Positions 53,159 through 61,919 of a stretch of DNA of 64,000 nucleotides are shown here, piece after piece. Under the pieces are notes generated by a model. That model was given only the letters and a program-made list of their open reading frames with translations, did not search any database and was not told the origin of the DNA. The DNA is taken from the NCBI GenBank assembly GCA_963754655.1, contig CAVWGN010000001.1, forward strand, positions 288,001 to 352,000. The letters run 5' to 3'. The position numbers and the translations under genes are program-made. Source of the DNA: an uncultured Chlamydiae bacterium. GTDB taxonomy: Bacteria; Chlamydiota; Chlamydiia; Chlamydiales; Parachlamydiaceae. The stretch's first letter is position 1. Each line of letters starts with the position of its first letter.

Positions 53159-53173
53159 CTACGTATCTTATTT

Positions 53174-53247
53174 GCACTGGTAGCTCAATTGGATAGAGTA
53201 CCCGGCTACGAACCGGGCGGTTGGAGGTTCGAATCCTCTCCGGTGCG
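53174..53247 (+). tRNA. tRNA-Arg(ACG), CCA not encoded
   Basis: Acceptor GCACTGG/CCGGTGC, D arm AGCTCAATTGGATAGAGT, anticodon arm CCCGG-CTACGAA-CCGGG, T loop GGTTCGAATCC. Confidence 0.97.
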
Positions 53248-53886
53248 ATGTTTATTCAAGTTTTTCCATCTGGACCTTTTTCCACTAATGCTTATGTCGT
53301 CGCTTGTCCGAATAAGCGTGAAGCGGCTATTCTCGACCCCGCCCCTAATTCTTTTACGGATATTCAAACCTTTTTAACTAATCAAAATTTAAAAATTCAA
53401 AAAATTTTATTGACCCACTCGCATTGGGATCATATTGCAGATGTCACCTCATTCAAGGAAAAATATGCCATTCCTGTTTATATTCATTCCTTAGATGCTC
53501 CTAATCTTCAACAACCAGGAGTAGATGGTTTGCCTTGCTGGCTGTCTATTCCAGCTGTTCAACCCGACGTTTTATTGGAAGAAGGCATGCAAGTAGCAGT
53601 GGGAGAGTTGACATTTCAGGTGATGCATACCCCCGGCCACTCGCCAGGCAGTGTTTGTTTCTATGAGCCTCAGCAGCAGGTGTTATTTTCAGGTGATACT
53701 TTATTTAAGGGAACGATTGGCAATCTTTCCTTTCCTACCAGCCAGCCCTCTCTAATGTGGCCTTCTTTAGCCAAACTCGCTCAATTGCCTCCTCAGACCC
53801 GTGTCTTTCCAGGTCATGGGCCTGCAACGACAATCGAGTCAGAATCTGCTTGGCTGCTCGATGCCAAAAAGTTATTTGACTATTAA
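53248..53886 (+). CDS. MBL-fold metallohydrolase (glyoxalase II-like)
   Basis: THSHWDH, HTPGHSPG, SGDTLF and PGHG; the family-typical N-terminus begins at ATG 53248. Confidence 0.93.
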   Translation: MFIQVFPSGPFSTNAYVVACPNKREAAILDPAPNSFTDIQTFLTNQNLKIQKILLTHSHWDHIADVTSFKEKYAIPVYIHSLDAPNLQQPGVDGLPCWLSIPAVQPDVLLEEGMQVAVGELTFQVMHTPGHSPGSVCFYEPQQQVLFSGDTLFKGTIGNLSFPTSQPSLMWPSLAKLAQLPPQTRVFPGHGPATTIESESAWLLDAKKLFDY

Positions 53887-53949
53887 CAAGAAAAACTTTA
53901 TTCTAAGTAGTTTATTCTAAAAAATTACCGTTTGTAAGGAGGAATATCC

Positions 53950-54552
53950 ATGGGTGTGCTTGTCGGAAAACCTGCCCCAGATTTTAAAGCTAAAGCTGTA
54001 GTAAATGGAAAGATTATCAATGATTTTTCATTGCAAAATTATCGTGGGAAAAATGTGATTTTCTTTTTTTATCCCCTTGATTTCACATTTGTCTGTCCAA
54101 CGGAGCTGCATGCTTTTCAAGAATGTCTAGAAGAATTTGAAAAACGGCAAACACAGGTGATTGGTTGTTCTGTTGATAGTTGTTATTCTCATCTTGCTTG
54201 GCTCAATACTCCTAGAAGCAAGGGGGGAATTGAGGGAGTCGATTATCCTTTAGTTTCCGATCTCAATAAAACGATTGCGCGCGATTATGATGTGTTGATG
54301 ATGCATGAAGGCATTGCGTATCGCGGTCTCTTTCTCATCGACAAAGAGGGAATCGTACGCCATCAAATTGTGAATGATCTTCCATTGGGACGATCAGTTG
54401 ATGAAGCTTTGCGTATCTTAGATGCTCTTCTTTACTTCGAAAAAAATGGAGAGGTGTGCCCTGCCAATTGGCAACACGGCAAAAAAACTTTTCAACCTTC
54501 TTATGAAGGATTAGAAAAGTATTTTGCAGTGATAGATCAGCAGCAATCTTAA
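53950..54552 (+). CDS. ahpC: 2-Cys peroxiredoxin (AhpC/TSA)
   Basis: FYPLDFTFVCPTE and GEVCPANW; SD AGGAGG. Confidence 0.96.
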   Translation: MGVLVGKPAPDFKAKAVVNGKIINDFSLQNYRGKNVIFFFYPLDFTFVCPTELHAFQECLEEFEKRQTQVIGCSVDSCYSHLAWLNTPRSKGGIEGVDYPLVSDLNKTIARDYDVLMMHEGIAYRGLFLIDKEGIVRHQIVNDLPLGRSVDEALRILDALLYFEKNGEVCPANWQHGKKTFQPSYEGLEKYFAVIDQQQS

Positions 54553-54686
54553 AGAGAAATAGCCTCTTTCAGCTCTGACGATTTAGAAGGACAAAAAGGA
54601 CATAGGGACATAAAAGACGACATTTTTTTCTTGCGTCCTTTATGATGTCCCTTCCGTCCTTTTTTTCTGCCTAAATTTTTTGAATT

Positions 54687-55307
54687 TTATGCTAATTTTG
54701 AATAGGGTGGCGCAGATTGGTGGAAAGGATAAAGTTTTTGTTCAGGATAATATTCTATCAGATATTGCATTTGACCTGCACTTTCTTCTCCTGCCACATG
54801 AGAAATAAAGGCAAGTATCAAATCGATGCCACTTGAGACACCTGCCGAGGTCCAAATCTTCCCATCTTGATGATAGCGAGCATTGATGATATGAACATCG
54901 GCCCACTTTTTCAATTCTTCTTTAAGCAAATGATAGAGTGTGACCTGCTTTCCTTTTAATAATCCCGTTTCATACAAAATGAGGGTGCCTGTGCAAATAG
55001 AGAGAAGGAAATCTCCATATTTAAAAAATTCGCGAATAAATTCAATTGTTGCCGCATTATAGCGCTCGGTACGTGCGCCTTTACCGCCAGGGACAAGCAA
55101 GTAATCTAGCGAGGGACAATTGAAGTAATCATACTGCGTGTTGATATGCAAGCCTCGCCCACATGTTACGAAGCCTGCTTTGGGCCCAACCGTCACAATT
55201 TCTGGGCCAGAAGCAAAATCACGCCAAATCCCTACCATTTCCCAAGGGCCAGTTAATTCTAGCTCTTCCATGCCCTCAAATGATAGAAATCCAAAGCGCT
55301 TATCCAT
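54687..55307 (-). CDS. DJ-1/PfpI family protein (isonitrile hydratase-like clade)
   Basis: EELELTGPWEM, LLVPGG, SICTG nucleophile, TSAGVSSGID and C-terminal IEYYP. Confidence 0.85.
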   Translation of the reverse strand: MDKRFGFLSFEGMEELELTGPWEMVGIWRDFASGPEIVTVGPKAGFVTCGRGLHINTQYDYFNCPSLDYLLVPGGKGARTERYNAATIEFIREFFKYGDFLLSICTGTLILYETGLLKGKQVTLYHLLKEELKKWADVHIINARYHQDGKIWTSAGVSSGIDLILAFISHVAGEESAGQMQYLIEYYPEQKLYPFHQSAPPYSKLA

Positions 55308-55465
55308 TTTTCCTCGTTTTCTTCAACTTTTATCGTATCAATAAACTGAAGGATTAAATTTTCACTTTTAATTTGTTTTATAACTTTATAATAAACTATA
55401 ATATCGAAATTATCAATTATTATTTGAATTAATCTTTTTTGATTGAAAATAAATTTACGAAAACG

Positions 55466-56194
55466 ATGGCATTTAATTTATCTCAACATGAAATTGCTGT
55501 TTGGACGATTGATTTACCTAAATTTTATGATCTTGCTGACTCTTATATTCTGCTATTGAGTCAAATAGAAAAAGAAATTGCGAATCGTTTCCTATTTCCG
55601 CATTTGAGAAACCATTATCTCATTTCTCATGGAATTATGCGAAAGCTCATTGCCTCTTATCTTGATCAAGATCCTACTCAAATTGAAATAAAGAAAACTT
55701 CTTTTGGAAAACCTTTTATCGCAAATCAATCTTTATCATTTAATCTTTCACATTCTCAAGACTATGCAATGATTGCCTTTGCTTTTGAGCGGGAAGTTGG
55801 CATTGACATTGAATATAAGCGGAAGGAAATTGTAGAGGATGATCTAGCAAGAAGCATTTTATCATTTAGCGAGTTTAAGAAATATCAGGAGCTCTCTTTG
55901 CTACAAAAAATTGATTATTTTTTTATTCAATGGACGCGTAAGGAAGCCTTTCTTAAAGCATTAGGGATTGGACTAAAGGGGGATTTAACACAAATTGACA
56001 TGCCAACTCAATTCAATGATGAATTCAATAATAAATTCTTTGAGATTGCCCCTTATGCTTCTCTCAGTCATTTAAATTGGTTATTAAATAATTTCTTTCC
56101 TTCTTCAAATTATGTCGCTTCCCTGGTTTGTCAATGCAATTCTTTTTTACCTAAAGTAAAATTTTATCATTATACCGAAAATTTGTTTCAGTAA
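55466..56194 (+). CDS. Sfp-type 4'-phosphopantetheinyl transferase
   Basis: FGKP, FNLSHS, VGIDIE and WTRKEAFLKALGIGL. Confidence 0.95.
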   Translation: MAFNLSQHEIAVWTIDLPKFYDLADSYILLLSQIEKEIANRFLFPHLRNHYLISHGIMRKLIASYLDQDPTQIEIKKTSFGKPFIANQSLSFNLSHSQDYAMIAFAFEREVGIDIEYKRKEIVEDDLARSILSFSEFKKYQELSLLQKIDYFFIQWTRKEAFLKALGIGLKGDLTQIDMPTQFNDEFNNKFFEIAPYASLSHLNWLLNNFFPSSNYVASLVCQCNSFLPKVKFYHYTENLFQ

Positions 56195-56199
56195 GCTAG

Positions 56200-57037
56200 G
56201 GAGCGTACCTAAAAGATTAACCATTGTATAATACAAGCGATCGTCAACATTCCTGCATAATTTTGAGCTTTCATTTCGTATCTTATTCCAATACGCCTAA
56301 ATCGTTTTATAAACTGAAAAAAATTTTCTACCAAGCAACGCTCTCTGTAGATATGTTTATCATGTTCAATTAGTTCAGCTCTTGATACTTTGCTGGGTAT
56401 GACTGCTTGACTTCCCATCTTTTCTATAAAATTTCTGATTTCATTTGAGTCGTAAGCTTTATCAGCTATAACATTTTTTGGATTTTTTCCACTGAGTAAA
56501 AGCTTCATTTGAGTGCTCTCGTGTACTTGACCTTCTGTCAAGATAAAATCAATACAACGACCTAATCCATCTGTTACTGCATGAATTTTTGTGGTTGTTC
56601 CGGCCCTTGATTTTCCCATGGCTTCTTCGGCTTTTTTTTTATCCTACAAGCATCTTGATGCGCTTCAACAATTGAGCTGTCTACAGAGTAATTTTCTTCG
56701 TCAATTTCATCTTTTAAAGCTTGCCAAATCGTTTGCCAGATTCCAGCCTTTGTCCATCGATTAAAGCGATTATAACATGTGCTCCAAGGACCATACTTGG
56801 GTGGTAGATCCCTCCAAGCGGCTCCTGTTCTTAAAATCCAAATAATGCCTTCTAAAATCTTACGATGAGGCCGACTTGGTCTGCCCCAATATCCTCGTTC
56901 TTTTGGCAATAAAGGTTTTATTTTTATCCATCTTTCATTAGTTAATACTATCCTACTCATTCAAATTTCCCCCTTGTTTTATCAGAGAAAATTATAAATC
57001 ATAAGAGTTATTATTTTAAATCTTTTAGGTACGTTCC
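56200..57037 (-). mobile_element. IS5-family insertion sequence (IS427-like group), apparently intact
   Basis: Terminal IRs GGAGCGTACCTAAAAGATT / AATCTTTTAGGTACGTTCC; CTAG on both sides (56196-56199, 57038-57041); two overlapping transposase ORFs. Confidence 0.93.
56209..56960 (-). CDS. IS5-family transposase, orfA (56574-56960) + orfB (56209-56619) joined by a -1 shift at A9G
   Basis: WILRTGAAWRDLP, VDSS, TTKIHAVTD, ADKAYDS and RCLVENFF; slippery run seen as T9 at 56632-56640. Confidence 0.9.
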
Positions 57038-57099
57038 CTAGTACTCCATTACATGAGTTTTTCGCTCTGGGTTCTAGGTGAGGGGATATGGACCCACCG

Positions 57100-57981
57100 T
57101 TCGGTCGCCCTCCGGGCTCGGTCACGGTGGGCTAGGAACAGTCGTCCTCCGGACTCTAGCGGCATTATCAAAATGCCTTGACTAGCATTCTAGCAGCATT
57201 AACAAACATCTTATTACCAAACACCTTACCTAACATTCAATGGCTTCTACATTGCTGCTAGAGTCCGGAGGACGACTGTTATTAGCCCACCGTCGGGACT
57301 TAACAAAGAACTGTTTTGGACTTGATATTCGTCGCATCAATTTAACAACACCACGCCTGTAATAGACTTTAGAGGCATATTTCCCGAAAATGACGCGAAA
57401 AACATCAAGCCCAAAACAGTTCTTTGTTAAGTGCCGGCATATGGCTAGGTAATCGGAATTTTTATCTTTGTTTTTGCAATGTTGCTTGATCCATATCTTT
57501 TCCCTCAGCGACGAGCGGCGTTAGCCGCGCATGGATAGTAGCCGTGGGTGTAGGCGGAGCCGGAACCCACGGTTACCCAAAAAACAAATTTGAGCCACGT
57601 TAGTGGCGTAGCATTCGTTTAAATAAACATTGCTCCACAATCACATTTCCTACGCCACTAACGTGGCTTCATTTTTTTTACCATACACCGTGGGTTCCGG
57701 CTTCGCCTACACCCACGGCTACTATCCATGCGCGGCTAACGCCGCTTGAGCGACAAATTTAGCTTCTGGAGTTTGCCAGAAGCATTTCGTTCCTAGCCTA
57801 TGGCCGGGACTTAACAAAGAACTGTTTTGGGCTTGATGTTTTTCGTGTCAATTTTCGGGAAATATGCCTCTAAAGTCTATTACAGGCGGGGTGTTGTTAA
57901 ATTGACGGGACGAATATCAAGCCCAAAACAGTTCTTTGTTAAGTCCCGGCCCACCGTGACCGAGCCCGGCGGGCGACTGAA
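57100..57981. repeat. Palindrome D, interrupted by the 660-bp module
   Basis: The left arm TTCGGTCGCCCTCCGGGCTCGGTCACGGTGGGCT...GACTCTAGC pairs with the right arm only after removing 57292-57955. Confidence 0.85.
57292..57950. mobile_element. About 660-bp composite MITE (B-C-B module), inverted copy, 5-bp TSD CCACC
   Basis: Near reverse complement of 32711-33371; CCACC at 57287-57291 and 57951-57955. Confidence 0.9.
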
Positions 57982-58135
57982 TGTTTCGCGTAGCCTACGC
58001 TTATCTCTTACCTTAACGCATAGGAATTTAAAACCATCCCAATAGGCAAAAAAACTCATGTAATGGAGTACTAGCGCCCAGAGACAATGTCATGCGTCGG
58101 TTCCATGAGGTCAATTAAAGTGCAAAGATTAACAA

Positions 58136-60496
58136 TTATTGATTCATTAAAATGAGGGTCTGCTGAGTAGGCCCTGAAAGAAGGGAAGTTGCACGGCCTT
58201 CTACCCAATCTTGATGCTGATCTCGATAATGAGGAGAGAGCGGATGACCGCTTTGGCCACAAGGCATTTGTAAAATGCCCTCCTTCTCATTTCCTGGAGC
58301 TACAACGAGTCTTTGTGAAGCCCCCTCCGTAGAGCTTATAACGCGCGGAACCCAATAATCTCCCGAAATAGAATCGGGTTTCATATTCAAAAAAACATCT
58401 GCTCCCGGAATCGCTCCGCTCAATGGATGAGAAATTGCCATTGTATTTCTTTTGCCCCATGTCTGTTCCTTTATTTTACCAGGAGGGGTTTTCTCTATCA
58501 TTTCATCTATAAAACTTAAAAGTTCCTTTTGCCAACTTCCATATTTCGGATTCGCAAGATAGTCCGGTTGTTGAGAGGCAATCAACCAAACAGGTTCTTC
58601 AAAGTCAAAGTGAGAAGCATGAAAAGAGGGATAAGCTAAAAAACAGGGTTTGAGAATTCTTTTAAGAACCTGTTGATAAACTTGTGCGCGAAATGAACGT
58701 ATCCAATAATAAGCAGCGGATTGAGCGGAAGCATGACCCTCCCAAGTGGAAATAACTTCTAAAAGTTCTTTTCTTTTTCCTTCCAAAAAGGGTGTCTTTT
58801 GAAGCGTTTGCATGAAAAGTTGATGCCACCTTTGAAAGAAAAAAGCTTCATCATCTAATTGAATAGATAACATCTTTTGTAATGTAAAATTAGAGGTTTC
58901 ATTCAAGCGACGTTGAATTTGATAGGCCCTTATTCCATTAATAAAATAGCTGCTGGACATCAGAGGATTTTTAGCAATATCTAGAGTGCGATTATTTGCT
59001 GTCCATAAAATCCCGTCTTTAGGATTCACAATTTTAGGATAGGAGCTCGGATCCATTTTTCCCAGCCATTGACAAGAAGGATCTTGCAACAAGATAGGAA
59101 GAGTGCCATCGAATCCCTGTCTCTCTGGCAGAGTTCCCACTAAAGTCCAGCCAATGTTCCCTTCACGATCGGCTAATAAACAATTTAAAATAGGCATTTT
59201 TATTTGCGGAATCTTGGCTAATGCCTCCTCAACTGAAGAAGCATTCTCTAGTTCCATGAGCTTTAAATTTAAACATTCAGGATCGTGGGCAATCCATTTT
59301 AGAGCAATGGGTTGATCAAAAAAATGATTGGCAAGCAAGGGTCCCCATTCTGTATCTGAAAATTCAATAATGTCAGGACTTTCTCCTTTAATGAAAATCA
59401 CTTCCTTGCGCTTGATCAGGGGTTTCCAACCTTCTACCGTCAAATAGTTCTCTTGATTTTCTGGATGAAGAGTGACCATGGCAATGTCTGCTGTATCCAG
59501 ATAAGCATTGGTAAATCCCCAAGCAATTTGGCCATTGCTTCCACAAATCATTAACGGCATGCCAGGAAGTGTCAATCCACAAATATCAACTTTATGAGAA
59601 TTTAAATTAAGGAAACGCGCCCTATACCAAATGGTTGGAACTGATAGACCAAGATGCATGTCACACGCAAGGATAGCTTTGCCATCTTTTGTCTTTTTTC
59701 CACTGACTGCCCAGTGATTGCTTCCTCCTAAGTGAGGCGCGTCTGCTTGAATTGGAATTTCCTCCATTGAGTGAACATCAAAGGAGTTCAAATAAGAGAA
59801 ATCTTCAGGAGGAGGAATAGGCACATAGGGGATTTTGCTTCCATCCAAAGGAGCGTCCCAAGGAGATCCCTGATGCAGAAAAAAATGACTAACGGAAGAA
59901 GGAAGCAGTCGATGCAAATATCCCTTCATTAAATCTTTTTCTCCTTCCGCATCTTGCAATTCGAAAAACAGATTTAATCCGACTAGTAAACTATCTTCTG
60001 GCTTCCAAGGTTGTGGAGAAGTGAAGAGCAGAAAATACTCAAATGGCTTTGCTTGTAAATGGGATAATCCCTGGTTGACTCCATGAGAATAAGCCTGCAA
60101 AATCTCTTGTTCTTCATGTGTTAATTGAGACCACATTTGTTTTGCGACCCGTCGAAGAGCATGGTATCGCCTTTTCTTATCAAATTCTAATGCAACTCTT
60201 CCCACTAACTCTGCTAGCTCTCCACTTGAGGCTCTTCGCAAGAGATCCATTTGAAAGAATCTTTCTTGAGCATGTAAAAATCCCAAAGCTTGCGCGATAT
60301 CTTCTCGATGGGAGGCCTGAATGGTAGGAATTCCTAATTGATCTCTATCAATGATCACTTGTTGTTTTAATCGGTCTAATGACAGATGACCTGTATGCAA
60401 GGGAAGGCTAGCGCGAAAGAGAAGGAGGATTCCTATTAAGCAGGCCAGCATGATTGCTGTGAAGATCATTAAGGCTTTCAACACATATTTTTTCAT
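58136..60496 (-). CDS. Penicillin acylase family (Ntn-hydrolase, peptidase S45) with N-terminal membrane anchor
   Basis: GFLHAQERFFQMDLLRR, beta-chain start GGSNHWAVSG, ACDMHL, TANN and GQSGHPLSPHYRDQ. Confidence 0.95.
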   Translation of the reverse strand: MKKYVLKALMIFTAIMLACLIGILLLFRASLPLHTGHLSLDRLKQQVIIDRDQLGIPTIQASHREDIAQALGFLHAQERFFQMDLLRRASSGELAELVGRVALEFDKKRRYHALRRVAKQMWSQLTHEEQEILQAYSHGVNQGLSHLQAKPFEYFLLFTSPQPWKPEDSLLVGLNLFFELQDAEGEKDLMKGYLHRLLPSSVSHFFLHQGSPWDAPLDGSKIPYVPIPPPEDFSYLNSFDVHSMEEIPIQADAPHLGGSNHWAVSGKKTKDGKAILACDMHLGLSVPTIWYRARFLNLNSHKVDICGLTLPGMPLMICGSNGQIAWGFTNAYLDTADIAMVTLHPENQENYLTVEGWKPLIKRKEVIFIKGESPDIIEFSDTEWGPLLANHFFDQPIALKWIAHDPECLNLKLMELENASSVEEALAKIPQIKMPILNCLLADREGNIGWTLVGTLPERQGFDGTLPILLQDPSCQWLGKMDPSSYPKIVNPKDGILWTANNRTLDIAKNPLMSSSYFINGIRAYQIQRRLNETSNFTLQKMLSIQLDDEAFFFQRWHQLFMQTLQKTPFLEGKRKELLEVISTWEGHASAQSAAYYWIRSFRAQVYQQVLKRILKPCFLAYPSFHASHFDFEEPVWLIASQQPDYLANPKYGSWQKELLSFIDEMIEKTPPGKIKEQTWGKRNTMAISHPLSGAIPGADVFLNMKPDSISGDYWVPRVISSTEGASQRLVVAPGNEKEGILQMPCGQSGHPLSPHYRDQHQDWVEGRATSLLSGPTQQTLILMNQ

Positions 60497-60500
60497 TCAA

Positions 60501-61919
60501 TCATTTTCCTTGAGATAAGACTAGGATATCAATTTTGGTCGAGAACTTTTTGCATGGTTTTCTTTCTCCCTGACATTGCATTTCATCTCTATAAATGAGT
60601 TCAATTAGAGGAGCTAAAGAAAGCCGCTTATACAGATCAGGCGTGATTTGCATCACTAAATGGGGATTAAATTGATAAAATTGGATCCAGGGTAATCCAA
60701 GATCGGATTGATCTTCAACAATTTGATAGTGCTTATACCCTTTCGGTAACAAAGAGCGATTTATTAAAAAAATGATGCTATTGGCAGGAATTGGAATGTC
60801 TAAATCTTTTAATAAAGTGAAGCCGCCATCTCTCTTAGTGACGCGAAAATAATGGATTGCATTGTAATCGGAGCTCATTTTAAATTTTTGTTGTAAATGA
60901 GAGGCAAAAATCGTCAAACTATCATGAAAAGGAATTTCAAAAATTTCCACATTCTGCCTTTCTGGCCATACATTAATATTTTTTAAAGGAAAATCAGGAA
61001 GGCTCTTTTCACCCAATGGCTTCAATTTGATCCCATTAGAATAGGCAATATCTTCTTCCTTTAAATCAGGTCGCATCAGGGAAAGTTCTTTTGCCTGTTG
61101 ATCGAGATTGTCTTCCTCTTTTTTATCAATTAAGCCCCGCAAAACCATGCTGATGCGCTGTCCTTTAGAGGATCCAGCTTGTTCTGTTCCATTCACATCC
61201 TCCGGAGATAAAACAGTGTGATAAGGAAGAAGAGCTGCGCCAGGATCTGTAGGACAATTGGATTCTTGATAGGTGATAGGTTCAACAGAAAACATGTTGA
61301 CTTCATCTTTGGGAAGCAAGGAAATTAAAAAGCGATCGTGACCAATAGGATCATGAAAAAGTGTTCCCGAAATTGTGAAATCAGCCATGTCCCAGTCAAT
61401 TAACGCTAAGTCGTGAACGAGAGCATAGTGTTGCTCTGGATGGAAATGCTCTTGTATATATTTAAACTGCCGAGGAAAGCTATCGCGATGAAAGGAGTGT
61501 GCATCATGGCTGACAATGAAATTAATTTCTCTAGTGACTCCCATGAGATGAATATTGAAGATTTTTTCAACAATCTCTTTGGCTTTTTGCGCATATTCAT
61601 TGAGAACTTTTTGTCCTGTTGGATCTTGAATTTCTGAGGATAGTTGAGATCCCTCTCCCCCTTCAGGCAAAATAGAAGCAATCGCAGACATTTCTGTTGT
61701 TCTTGGATTAAAATAGGTATCGGGCACTAATTTAATTTGCCTTGCATTAATTTGTTTAATTAATTGTTGTCCGATCTCATGCTTTTCGGGTGTCATATAA
61801 AAATAAGTCTTTGTTTGACCAAATTTAATCACCCAGATGTCTTGATTGTTAAGATGACCTGGTAAGCTTGGAAAATAAGAGGTGATAGGTAAAGAGGAAG
61901 AAGAAAGGAGGGGGTTCAT
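60501..61919 (-). CDS. Hypothetical protein, putative 2OG-Fe(II) oxygenase
   Basis: ATG at 61919 overlaps the upstream TGA; FHRD (HxD), distal YHTV and RIS (RxS). Confidence 0.55.
   Translation of the reverse strand: MNPLLSSSSLPITSYFPSLPGHLNNQDIWVIKFGQTKTYFYMTPEKHEIGQQLIKQINARQIKLVPDTYFNPRTTEMSAIASILPEGGEGSQLSSEIQDPTGQKVLNEYAQKAKEIVEKIFNIHLMGVTREINFIVSHDAHSFHRDSFPRQFKYIQEHFHPEQHYALVHDLALIDWDMADFTISGTLFHDPIGHDRFLISLLPKDEVNMFSVEPITYQESNCPTDPGAALLPYHTVLSPEDVNGTEQAGSSKGQRISMVLRGLIDKKEEDNLDQQAKELSLMRPDLKEEDIAYSNGIKLKPLGEKSLPDFPLKNINVWPERQNVEIFEIPFHDSLTIFASHLQQKFKMSSDYNAIHYFRVTKRDGGFTLLKDLDIPIPANSIIFLINRSLLPKGYKHYQIVEDQSDLGLPWIQFYQFNPHLVMQITPDLYKRLSLAPLIELIYRDEMQCQGERKPCKKFSTKIDILVLSQGK

Larger units (their letters stand above)
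57042..58070. mobile_element. Family E outer element enclosing palindrome D and the B-C-B module
   Basis: TACTCCATTACATGAGTTTTT...AAAAACTCATGTAATGGAGTA flanked by CTAG/CTAG (57038-57041, 58071-58074). Confidence 0.85.

Noticed and set aside
53189..53377. 62-aa ORF and the TTG start at 53221
   Set aside because: Both lie inside tRNA-Arg; the hydrolase-typical N-terminus begins at ATG 53248.
54586..54667. GGACA-rich repeats after ahpC
   Set aside because: An imperfect inverted repeat between convergent genes; most simply a bidirectional terminator, and too degenerate to call more.
53174..54686. tRNA-Arg as the integration site for the NRPS region
   Set aside because: Core-type genes follow the tRNA, and I see no integrase or duplicated tRNA 3' end in the window.
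56574..56640. Split transposase as a pseudogene
   Set aside because: Two ORFs joined at an A-run is normal for this IS5 subgroup, and the TIRs and flanks are intact.
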